The position numbers were made by a program, and so were the translations under genes. Of a DNA stretch of 39,124 nt, positions 1 through 6,989 are shown piece after piece. The stretch comes from a virus: the IMG/VR virus record IMGVR_UViG_3300021399_000040. One strand, written 5' to 3'. Under the pieces are notes generated by a model. That model was not told where the DNA came from. It saw nothing but the letters and a program-made list of their open reading frames with translations, and ran no database searches. Position 1 is the first letter of the stretch. Every line of letters begins with the position of its first letter.

Positions 1-127
1 GCTGTACGAAGGAATGAAATCCGGCTGGAACTATGTGAAGTCCTTCATGAAGACAAAGAAGGGCGTCCTGTTCCCGGAAGAGGTCGGCGGATCCGCGACG
101 ACATACTTCAAGTCGGCCTTCTACGGT
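1..127. repeat. Terminal direct duplication (copy 1), identical to 38998-39124
   Basis: Read directly: gctgtacgaaggaatgaaatccggctgg...tcggccttctacggt occurs at both window ends. This is consistent with assembly overlap of a circular or terminally redundant molecule. Confidence 0.97.
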
Positions 128-295
128 ACCGGCTCCGCCGGGGTTCGCTGCCCGTGGCGGTTCGCGGCCTTGTACAACGGGGCGAATGCCGGGCTGGCGT
201 GCGAGACTGGCAGCTACGCGCCCGGTAACGCGTACTGGTACAGCCGTCCGCGGCTTTGTGGAGCGGGTAAAAAGCGGGGTGAATGGACGTCGTAA
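1..295 (+). CDS. 3' end of the DGR target gene (tail/receptor-binding protein), with a C-terminal C-type-lectin-like variable region. It continues from 37583-39124.
   Basis: The frame is continuous with the open ORF that runs off the window end (39011 = 14 + 38997, same phase). The C-terminus reads ...GVRCPWRFAALYNGANAGLACETGSYAPGNAYWYSRPRLCGAG..., and the stop TAA is at 293-295. The track ORF 14..295 is only the part after an internal Met. Confidence 0.9.
   Translation, partial: LYEGMKSGWNYVKSFMKTKKGVLFPEEVGGSATTYFKSAFYGTGSAGVRCPWRFAALYNGANAGLACETGSYAPGNAYWYSRPRLCGAGKKRGEWTS
113..256 (+). repeat. DGR variable repeat (VR) at the 3' end of the target gene
   Basis: Hand alignment to 358-501 (offset 245) gives 133/144 identical bases. 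The 11 differences are at VR 122, 167, 168, 173, 207, 213, 215, 218, 233, 239 and 253. Every one lies opposite an A in the other copy. Confidence 0.93.
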
Positions 296-303
296 GACGT
301 CCA
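284..303 (+). promoter_or_regulatory. Stem-loop just downstream of VR (8-bp stem, GTAA tetraloop); candidate DGR target-recognition hairpin
   Basis: The sequence tggacgtc-gtaa-gacgtcca is read directly, and the stop codon TAA sits in the loop. A second 5-bp hairpin, agggg-gaagt-cccct, lies at 305-319. Bordetella-phage DGR homing needs a GC-rich hairpin with a 4-nt loop 3' of VR. Confidence 0.5.
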
Positions 304-357
304 GAGGGGGAAGTCCCCTGATGTAACTATAGACAATCAGGGTATGCAGGCGCGGGA

Positions 358-501
358 TCGGCCTTCAACGGTACCGGCTCCGCCGGGGTTCGCTGCCCGT
401 GGCGGTTCGCGAACTTGAACAACGGGGCGAATGCCGGGCTGGCGTGCGAGAATGGCAACAACACGCCCGGTAACGCGAACTGGAACAGCCGTCCGCGACT
501 T
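358..501 (+). repeat. DGR template repeat (TR)
   Basis: This is the non-coding copy of VR. It contains 27 adenines, 11 of which are substituted in VR, while none of the 117 non-A positions differ. In the VR frame it reads SAFNGTGSAGVRCPWRFANLNNGANAGLACENGNNTPGNANWNSRPRL, which is rich in AAC/AAT codons. Confidence 0.93.
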
Positions 502-692
502 ATTTTCATGAAGGCAGGCGAAAGTCTGCTGATGTGCGCCTGCATATCCGTGCGCAAGCAAAAATCAGTAAAACCGGAATCTTCGAAAGGGGAACACGCA
601 GCTGTGGGCTGCGCGTGCGGCAAGTAGTAACAAGGCCGGATCTGCTTTAAGGTCAGACCGCAACCGAACGCCGCTTCACAAAATAAAGAATT
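502..692 (+). ncRNA. TR-RT spacer, probably the 3' part of the DGR template RNA
   Basis: This is about 190 nt with no convincing ORF, lying between TR and the RT start. Local stems are visible, for example gcaggcg(513-519)/cgcctgc(537-543) and cgcagc/gctgcg near 597-613. In the Bordetella DGR the spacer RNA primes cDNA synthesis. The function here is inferred from position only. Confidence 0.45.
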
Positions 693-2081
693 ATGCACAC
701 GAAGAGATACAGGAAGCTGTCCCTGAAGCTATGCGAAGAAGCAGTCGAAGAATGTTTCAAAAGCAAATGGAAGCGCCGCGACATTCTGGTATTCATCGAG
801 AAGTACGCCGGAATCGGAAGGACGGAAATCCTGATCGACGATCTGTCCGGATCCAGACGTGTGAAGGAAGAAGCGATCCATTCGATCGGGCTGATGCTGT
901 ACGGCGTCGTGGAAGATCTGGTCGAATACGGGATCGAACCGGACGACATGGAGCCGCCGACGATCCGCCAGCGTCCGGACGGCATGACAGGGAAGACGCG
1001 GGACATCGCACTGCTGTCCATCCTGCATCAGCTGATCGGACACGTCGAAAAGCTGATGATTGAACCGCTGATCAACGCGCGGCTTCTGCCGACGCAGCAC
1101 GCCAGCATTCCGGGACGCGGTCAGACGCTGCTGAAGGATCAGGCGCACAGATACCTTCTGAAGGAGACGGTCGGCGTCAGGTACATCCAGAAGACGGACG
1201 TCGTCCACGCATACGCGACGCTGAAGTATCAGGTCTGCGTGGACATCCTGAAGAAGGAGATCCCGAAAGCGAAGGCCGCGATCGTCCTGCTGGAATATCT
1301 GGGACGGATCGCACCGGACGGGCATCTGATCATCGGCGGGTACATCGACGCCTGGCTGTTCAATTTCACGATGTCCTACGCGATCCGCGACCTGTACGCA
1401 CAGGGAACCACACGGCGCGGGAAGAAGATCCCGTATGTGATCCGCGTCGTCACCTTCATGGATGACTTCGCGCTGATGTCCGGATCCGTCAAAGGACTGA
1501 AGCGGGCGACGAAGCGCCTGGACAAATACTTCCGGAAGGAAATGGGAATCGAACTGAAGACGACATCCGGAATCAGTAAGATCCTGACGGTCGAAGAAGA
1601 GAAGCGACGACGGAGCCTTCCGGGAAAAGCGCAGCGTGGCGTCCCGATGCTGGACATGGCGGGATACAGGATCAGCAGGACGCACATCACGATCCGCAGG
1701 CGCGTCTTCCGGAGGGCACGAAGGCAGCTGATCAGAGGATACAGAGAGCTGAAGAAAACGGGAACACTGCGGCGGGATCGTGCACAGAAAATCATATCGT
1801 ACAACAGCTACGTGAAGCAGACGGATTCGCACGGGCTGAAGGAAAAGTACCACGTGGAAGAACTGATCAAGATGGCTGAACAGGTTCAGGGATTCTATCA
1901 GCGGCTGGATCAGCAGAAAAGAAAGGAGTGGCTGCATGTATTACAAGAGCGACGCGGCAGAGAAGCCGCAGAAGGTGACGCTGGAACATCTGCCGGGCGG
2001 GAAGATCTTCGTCCGTCTTGCGGACAATATCCAGCCGTACAAACAGGAGGATCAGCCGGATCGGACGATGTACCGTTTTGA
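693..2081 (+). CDS. DGR-associated reverse transcriptase (divergent)
   Basis: RT palm motifs are readable: ...SIPGRGQ..., KTDVVHAYATLK, IIGGYIDAWLFNF and VVTFMDDFALM (the YxDD-type catalytic motif). It sits immediately downstream of TR. No Shine-Dalgarno sequence lies before the ATG, unlike neighbouring genes. The last ~48 codons overlap the next gene and look low-complexity. Confidence 0.88.
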   Translation: MHTKRYRKLSLKLCEEAVEECFKSKWKRRDILVFIEKYAGIGRTEILIDDLSGSRRVKEEAIHSIGLMLYGVVEDLVEYGIEPDDMEPPTIRQRPDGMTGKTRDIALLSILHQLIGHVEKLMIEPLINARLLPTQHASIPGRGQTLLKDQAHRYLLKETVGVRYIQKTDVVHAYATLKYQVCVDILKKEIPKAKAAIVLLEYLGRIAPDGHLIIGGYIDAWLFNFTMSYAIRDLYAQGTTRRGKKIPYVIRVVTFMDDFALMSGSVKGLKRATKRLDKYFRKEMGIELKTTSGISKILTVEEEKRRRSLPGKAQRGVPMLDMAGYRISRTHITIRRRVFRRARRQLIRGYRELKKTGTLRRDRAQKIISYNSYVKQTDSHGLKEKYHVEELIKMAEQVQGFYQRLDQQKRKEWLHVLQERRGREAAEGDAGTSAGREDLRPSCGQYPAVQTGGSAGSDDVPF

Positions 2082-2319
2082 CGAAGTCCAGTTCTTCATG
2101 CCGGACGGCAAGGCCGCGACGGCGCAGGAGATCGAAGAGGACTTCGCGACATGGTGGCAGTACGGGATGGATGATGTGCATCCGGATCCGGATCCGCCAG
2201 CGCCTGAAGAAGAAGCGATGACACGGGCGCAGCTGACGAAGATCGTCAGCGAACAGAAAGAGCAGATCGCCATGCTGGAAGATTGCATCTTGGAGATGTC
2301 GGAAGTGGTATACGAATGA
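1936..2319 (+). CDS. Hypothetical protein, XkdW-like by position (between the tail fibre and the lysis genes)
   Basis: An RBS aaaggag lies about 8 nt upstream. The C-terminus is an acidic coiled coil ...QLTKIVSEQKEQIAMLEDCILEMSEVVYE. The gene overlaps the RT ORF by 146 nt. Confidence 0.6.
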   Translation: MYYKSDAAEKPQKVTLEHLPGGKIFVRLADNIQPYKQEDQPDRTMYRFDEVQFFMPDGKAATAQEIEEDFATWWQYGMDDVHPDPDPPAPEEEAMTRAQLTKIVSEQKEQIAMLEDCILEMSEVVYE

Positions 2320-2378
2320 TCGGGGAGATCATCCGGCGGGCGTTATTGCAAATACTTTACGGAAAGGAGGGCGACACG

Positions 2379-2516
2379 ATGATGGCTATGCTGTGGGCAC
2401 AGAAGATCATTCTGGGAAAGAAGACCTATGCACAGGTTCCGCGTCTGCTGAAAGACCAGGTCAAGGAAATCCTGATCGAAAGCGGAATGGAAGAACTGAT
2501 CATTGATGAAGAGTGA
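2379..2516 (+). CDS. Small XkdX/CD1375-like protein (45 aa) typical of Firmicutes phage lysis regions
   Basis: An internal ATG is preceded by the RBS gaaaggaggg (2362-2371). The product is MMAMLWAQKIILGKKTYAQVPRLLKDQVKEILIESGMEELIIDEE. I trimmed the track ORF 2283..2516 to this start. Confidence 0.6.
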   Translation: MMAMLWAQKIILGKKTYAQVPRLLKDQVKEILIESGMEELIIDEE

Positions 2517-2764
2517 AGAAAGGACGGGGACGCATGAACGAATCGAGGGACGCGCCACCGTGGGAAGGTGGATCCGGCGGCCTGCTGGAAGTCGTCGACA
2601 TGATGTGCACAGTCACGGAGACGATGGCGCAGATCATCCGGAAACAAGCTGAAATGATAGAGCGGACGAAAATGGAAGAAGCTGTCCGGGAAGAACTGCG
2701 CGCAGCGCGGGAGGACGCGGACAGGCAGCTGGACAGAATAGAATACAAACTAAGGAGGTTATGA
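2513..2764 (+). CDS. Hypothetical small coiled-coil protein (start uncertain: 2513, 2534 or 2600)
   Basis: The ORF is in the coding strand series. The C-terminal half is a charged helix, ...QIIRKQAEMIERTKMEEAVREELRAAREDADRQLDRIEYKLRRL. Confidence 0.45.
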   Translation: MKKGRGRMNESRDAPPWEGGSGGLLEVVDMMCTVTETMAQIIRKQAEMIERTKMEEAVREELRAAREDADRQLDRIEYKLRRL

Positions 2765-2768
2765 CGGA

Positions 2769-3098
2769 ATGACACCACAGTGGGCTACGGTTCTACTTTC
2801 TGTTCTGGCGCTTGCATTTTCGATCTACAGCGGAATCCGCGCGAACGGGAAAACGGATCGCAAGGATGCGGAGGAAGCAGGAAAGCAGGAATCCGCCGTC
2901 ATGATGAAACTGGAAGTCGTTCAGAACACACTGCTGGAAGTGAAGCAGGACATCAAGTCGCAGAAACTTGAAATGGAGAAGATGAACGAACGGACTATCA
3001 GGAACGAAGAAAGCCTGAAATCCCTGCACAAACGTGTGGACAGGATGGAAGCACTTCTTCAGCTGTCGCCGGATGCGGTGACACACGAAACACACTAA
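2769..3098 (+). CDS. Membrane protein with an N-terminal TM helix and a coiled coil (XhlA-like lysis-associated protein by position)
   Basis: An RBS aaggagg lies at 2752-2758. A TM segment WATVLLSVLALAFSIYSGI is followed by heptad-rich sequence. The gene is located directly upstream of the holin. Confidence 0.65.
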   Translation: MTPQWATVLLSVLALAFSIYSGIRANGKTDRKDAEEAGKQESAVMMKLEVVQNTLLEVKQDIKSQKLEMEKMNERTIRNEESLKSLHKRVDRMEALLQLSPDAVTHETH

Positions 3099-3162
3099 AC
3101 AAAGAATCGAGCGCGGAAGGGCGCGAAGGCGTCCTTCCGTATGCCAGGAAGGAGAAAACAAC

Positions 3163-3414
3163 ATGATCAACTGGAAAGTGAGAATCAAGAATAAAGTGTT
3201 CTGGCTGGCGATCATCCCTGCCGTTCTGACGCTGATCAAGGCGATCGCGGCGCTGTTCGGCTTCCAGATCGAGACGGAAGCAGTCGGCACGCAGCTGATC
3301 CAGATCGTCGAAGCAGTCTTCGCTGTGCTGGTCATCCTGGGCGTGACCGTGGATCCCACAACGAAGGGCGTGTCAGATTCTGACCGGGCGATGCTTTACG
3401 ACGAACCGAACTAA
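3163..3414 (+). CDS. Holin, phi LC3 / Phage_holin_1 type
   Basis: The product begins MINWKVRIKNKVFWLAIIPAVLTLIKAIAALFGF, has a second TM segment, and carries the conserved VDPTTKGVSDSDRAMLYDEP tail. It lies immediately upstream of the endolysin. Confidence 0.9.
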   Translation: MINWKVRIKNKVFWLAIIPAVLTLIKAIAALFGFQIETEAVGTQLIQIVEAVFAVLVILGVTVDPTTKGVSDSDRAMLYDEPN

Positions 3415-3432
3415 GGAAGGAGGGAAGCAGGC

Positions 3433-4890
3433 ATGAAGAAGACAGAGTTCATCGAGCGGATCGCGGGATATGTCGAGAAGTACGCCTACGTGTACGGGAT
3501 CATGGTACATTCACCGATCATCGCGCAGGCGATCCTTGAATCCGGATGGGGCGAATCGAAACTTGCTTCCCTGTATCATAACTATTTCGGACTGAAGTGC
3601 GGAACAAGGTGGACAGGGAAGTCGGTAAACATGAAGACCAGCGAAGAGTACACGCCGGGCGTGCACACGCAGATCCGCGACAACTTCCGCGTGTATGACA
3701 GCATGGAAGAGGGCGTGCGCGGATACTTCGAATTCATTCAGCTGGACAGATACAGGAATCTGCGCGGCGTCACGGATCCGCAGCAGTACCTGGAAAACAT
3801 CAAGGCCGACGGCTATGCGACATCCAGCACGTACGTCGACAATCTGATGAAGCTGGTCAGGCAGTACAACCTGACACAGTACGACAAAAACGCAGGAAAG
3901 GAAGATGTCAAAGTGGGATATTCAAGACAGAAAGTCGCCGATCAGGCGGAAGCATGGGTCGGCCTGAAGGAATCGGACGGATCCTTCAAGGCGATCATCG
4001 ACATTTACAATAGCAAAGAACCGTTCCCGCGCGGGACGAAGATGCTGTATTCGTGGCCGTGGTGCGCGGCTACATGGTCGGCGATCGCGAAGAAGCTGGG
4101 ATACACGGCAGTGATGCCCGTCGAAATCAGCTGCTATTACATCATCGAAGAAGCGAAGAAGATGGGATGCTGGCAGGAAGCGGACGACTACGTTCCGAAC
4201 ATCGGCGACGCTGTGCTGTATGACTGGTCTGATTCCGGATCTGGCGACAACAAGGCCGCGCCGGATCACATCGGAACCGTGACCTATGCGAACAGATCCG
4301 CCGGGTACTTCGTCGTCACTGAAGGAAACTATTCCAACAGCGTGAAGAAGCGCACGATCGACATCAACGGAAGATTCATCCGCGGATTCATCACGCCGCA
4401 CTATACAGACAATACAGTGAAGGCGGAAAGCGATCAGCGCAAGGCCGGAAAGAGCGTCGACACGATCGCCCGCGAAGTCATCACTGGACTGTGGGGCAAC
4501 GGATCCGACAGAGTGGCGAACCTGAAGGCGAAGGGCTACGATCCGGCAGCAGTGCAGAAGAGGGTGAACGAGATCCTGAACGGAACGACCGCGAAGAAGC
4601 AGGAACAGGCAGCACCGACATCCGGAAAGAAGGAAGTCACATCCACGTGCTACGCGCGCGGGAAGGACGCCAGACTGTCCGGGGCATATACGGCGACGGC
4701 GGATCTGTACTGCCGAAACGATGCCGGAACAAACAAGAAGGCACTGTGCTGTATGCCCGCAGGAACGAAGGTTCACTGCTATGGATACTACAGCACGGCG
4801 AACGGCGTGAAGTGGCTGTACATTCAGTTCGAACTGAATGGCGTGACATATACAGGATTCAGTTCTTCCGCATACCTGAAGAAGGTGTGA
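3433..4890 (+). CDS. Multidomain endolysin: GH73 glucosaminidase, CHAP, CW_7 and SH3b
   Basis: The GH73 motif is AQAILESGWGESKLA...NYFGLK. The CHAP Cys/His residues are in WPWCAATWS...PDHIGTV...EGNYS. The Cpl-7/CW_7 repeat is IAREVITGLWGNGSDRVANLKAKGYDPAAVQKRVNEIL. The C-terminus is SH3-like. Confidence 0.93.
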   Translation: MKKTEFIERIAGYVEKYAYVYGIMVHSPIIAQAILESGWGESKLASLYHNYFGLKCGTRWTGKSVNMKTSEEYTPGVHTQIRDNFRVYDSMEEGVRGYFEFIQLDRYRNLRGVTDPQQYLENIKADGYATSSTYVDNLMKLVRQYNLTQYDKNAGKEDVKVGYSRQKVADQAEAWVGLKESDGSFKAIIDIYNSKEPFPRGTKMLYSWPWCAATWSAIAKKLGYTAVMPVEISCYYIIEEAKKMGCWQEADDYVPNIGDAVLYDWSDSGSGDNKAAPDHIGTVTYANRSAGYFVVTEGNYSNSVKKRTIDINGRFIRGFITPHYTDNTVKAESDQRKAGKSVDTIAREVITGLWGNGSDRVANLKAKGYDPAAVQKRVNEILNGTTAKKQEQAAPTSGKKEVTSTCYARGKDARLSGAYTATADLYCRNDAGTNKKALCCMPAGTKVHCYGYYSTANGVKWLYIQFELNGVTYTGFSSSAYLKKV

Positions 4891-4918
4891 TCAGGAAGAA
4901 CGGGAAGGAGATGATCGA

Positions 4919-5374
4919 ATGTATTATGCAGGAAAAGACTTCGAGAGCGCGAAGGAGTACAAGACGCTGGAAGGCGCGAAGAAGGCAGCAGACAAGAACG
5001 GCCTGAACGTGTATGATGAAGATGCTGCACAGATCTATCCGGAACCTGTCGCGGATCCGGAAGAGGATCAGCAGCAGGAGGAGCAGGCGGCAGCGGCAGA
5101 CGAAGCCGTGCAGGAGCAGGAGGGCGACCAGCAGCAGGAGCAGGCCGAAGTGAAGGAAGAGGACGTGAAGGGAACGATCCGCCGCGTCTTCGACGGGAAG
5201 CTGCGTCTGCGCCGCGAACCTTCCTTCGATGACAGCGCGATCTGCGGCGTGACGGCCTTCGATGTGAAGAAGGCTGTGAAGAAGTTCACCACGCCGGACG
5301 GCGTCCTGTACCAGACAGCGGACGGATACTTCGTCAGCGGCAGGCCGGGCGACGTGGAGTTCATCCCGGAATAA
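4919..5374 (+). CDS. Hypothetical protein with an acidic Q/E-rich linker (post-lysis moron position)
   Basis: An RBS gggaaggag precedes the start. The ORF is the last + strand gene before the lysogeny module and has no recognisable domain. Confidence 0.6.
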   Translation: MYYAGKDFESAKEYKTLEGAKKAADKNGLNVYDEDAAQIYPEPVADPEEDQQQEEQAAAADEAVQEQEGDQQQEQAEVKEEDVKGTIRRVFDGKLRLRREPSFDDSAICGVTAFDVKKAVKKFTTPDGVLYQTADGYFVSGRPGDVEFIPE

Positions 5375-5428
5375 GAAAAAAGATGTACCTAATTCGGCGT
5401 CACCTTCGGGCAACGCTGAATTAGGTGC
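5372..5428 (-). terminator. Long imperfect hairpin with a UUCG-type loop; intrinsic terminator for the integrase gene, possibly bidirectional
   Basis: The arms are 5385-5404 and 5409-5428, forming a ~20-bp stem with 2 G-U pairs and a 2-nt mismatch. On the minus strand the stem is followed by atcttttttctt. It lies between convergent genes. Confidence 0.6.
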
Positions 5429-5435
5429 ATCATTA

Positions 5436-6842
5436 TCATAAAAAAATAATGTCGGCGATGCTGCCGTCTTCACGAATGCGTATGGTGTCCACGAAGGACT
5501 TCCAGAACGCATTTTTTTCTTGCACGGAAAAGTCACTGTACACATCTTCCCATGGCTGCGACAGGAATTTCTTCAGTTCGCTGACGTCCTTCCGGGGATG
5601 ATCGGCAGCGGTCAGCGCTTCCTGAAGCTGGGCGTTCAGCTGATCGTATTCGGATTTGTACAGATCGCGGTCGATCAGATCGTCCATGAACAGGTCGTAC
5701 AGCTTCTTCAGCTTCGTCCGGATCCGGGCGGCATCAGCTGCCGGATTCCTACCGCGACTGCCGCCGTCTTCCACATCATAGTCCGCGATGTATGCGGAGA
5801 GGGACGGGCGGACAAGAGCCAGGACGCGATCTTCAAGGACTTCTTCCATCCACGACTTGTTATTCGTGCAGCTGTGGTTCATGTTCCACGCTGTGCATCT
5901 GTACCGCGGCTTCCGGGTAATGGATCCATCCTTCCGGCGACGGCCTGTCGTATATCCTGCGATAGAGCGACCGCAGACGTCACAGGTCAAAAGACCGCTG
6001 AAGATAAACTGCGTACCGCTTCGGCGCTGGCGCACGTTTTTCTTGATCAGCGTCTGGATGTGGTCGAAGCGATCCGGATCTATCAGAGGATCGCAGAACT
6101 GCGGATCGTCGCGGTACATTCCCTTGTACAGGGGATTCTTCAGCATCCGGATGAAGCTGCTGTACGAATAGATGCAGCTGTACCGTTCCTGTAGAGCGAA
6201 AAGGGACTTCCGGACGGATCCGGTCACTTCCAGCATGTCGAAGGCATCCAGCGCGAACTGCTTCCATTCCGGATCGGGAACGACATGTTTTTCGGCGTCG
6301 AGCATCAGGCCGCGCGGGACGGATCCGGTCACGAAGGACTTGTTCTTCAGCTTGAACGCGAACACGTCCTTGATGCGGTCGCTGTCACGATCACATTCAT
6401 CTTGCGCCACGGACAGGCGGATATTGATGTGCAGCCTGCCGTTCGTCGTGGTCGTGTCGTATGATTCCGTCACGGCCTTCCATTGGACGCCGTTCGCTTC
6501 CAGAACTTCCTGTATTTTGTGATAGTCGCCGATATTCCTGAACCAGCGATCCAGCTTCGTGAAAAGGATCACGTCGAAGTCATGCCGCCGGACGCCGTCA
6601 AGGAGCCGGACGAATTCCTTCCGGTTCGTGTATTTCTTCCGGGCGGTCAGTGCTTCGTCGATGAATGTGTCGATCAGGACGCAGTGATTCCGGGCGATGA
6701 AGTCGTCCAGTATTTCGTTCTGTGCTTCCAGCGTGTCGCCGTGAAGAACCTGATCGTCGTGGCTGCACCGGATGTATTTGACGACGCGGACGCCGTACAG
6801 TTCCGGGGCTGACTGTGTCATATACATCAGATCACCTTCCAT
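5436..6842 (-). CDS. int: Large serine recombinase (phage integrase)
   Basis: The N-terminal resolvase domain reads VVKYIRCSHDDQ...FTKLDRWFRN...RLSVAQDE. A recombinase domain follows, then a Cys-rich zinc ribbon (CDVCGRSIAG...YRCTAWNMNHSC) and a C-terminal coiled coil. The likely start is the Met at 6821, with RBS ggaaggtga at 6839-6831. Confidence 0.93.
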   Translation of the reverse strand: MEGDLMYMTQSAPELYGVRVVKYIRCSHDDQVLHGDTLEAQNEILDDFIARNHCVLIDTFIDEALTARKKYTNRKEFVRLLDGVRRHDFDVILFTKLDRWFRNIGDYHKIQEVLEANGVQWKAVTESYDTTTTNGRLHINIRLSVAQDECDRDSDRIKDVFAFKLKNKSFVTGSVPRGLMLDAEKHVVPDPEWKQFALDAFDMLEVTGSVRKSLFALQERYSCIYSYSSFIRMLKNPLYKGMYRDDPQFCDPLIDPDRFDHIQTLIKKNVRQRRSGTQFIFSGLLTCDVCGRSIAGYTTGRRRKDGSITRKPRYRCTAWNMNHSCTNNKSWMEEVLEDRVLALVRPSLSAYIADYDVEDGGSRGRNPAADAARIRTKLKKLYDLFMDDLIDRDLYKSEYDQLNAQLQEALTAADHPRKDVSELKKFLSQPWEDVYSDFSVQEKNAFWKSFVDTIRIREDGSIADIIFL

Positions 6843-6952
6843 TCCTAAAAAAGAGTATAAAAAAGAAACCTATGCAGTCGCACGGTTCCGTGATAGAATG
6901 AGAGGTGCGAAGCCTATTTCTACCACGAAGCGGTGCGGATAGGGAAATCAGG

Positions 6953-6989
6953 GGATCAGCTGCGGGAACAGCTGATCCTTTTATTTTTT
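6953..6989 (+). terminator. Rho-independent terminator oriented for + strand transcription
   Basis: The stem-loop ggatcagctg-cgggaa-cagctgatcc is followed by ttttatttttt. On the minus strand the stem has no T-run after it. Confidence 0.6.

Larger units (their letters stand above)
113..2081 (+). other. Diversity-generating retroelement cassette (VR, TR, spacer, RT)
   Basis: The VR/TR pair shows adenine-only mismatches and lies next to a reverse transcriptase ORF. See the individual features. Confidence 0.9.

Noticed and set aside
327-698. ORFs overlapping the template repeat (415..627 +, 327..698 -, 337..561 -), considered as possible Avd or accessory genes.
   Set aside because: The 415..627 product begins with the TR translation itself (MNNGANAGLACENGNNTPGNANWNSRPRL). 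None of them has an RBS, and none looks like a basic four-helix-bundle Avd. A coding constraint inside TR is unlikely.
693-2081. The RT as a group II intron maturase or a retron RT.
   Set aside because: I saw no intron-like RNA domains or maturase/endonuclease extension, and no msr/msd-style inverted repeats. By contrast, a TR/VR pair with adenine-specific differences sits immediately upstream, which specifically indicates a DGR.
5385-5428. The 44-bp imperfect palindrome downstream of int as the attP core.
   Set aside because: It is not excluded, but the minus-strand T-run directly after the stem makes an integrase terminator the simpler explanation. attP cannot be located without an integrated copy or a host attB. 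I kept it only as an alternative under the attP finding.
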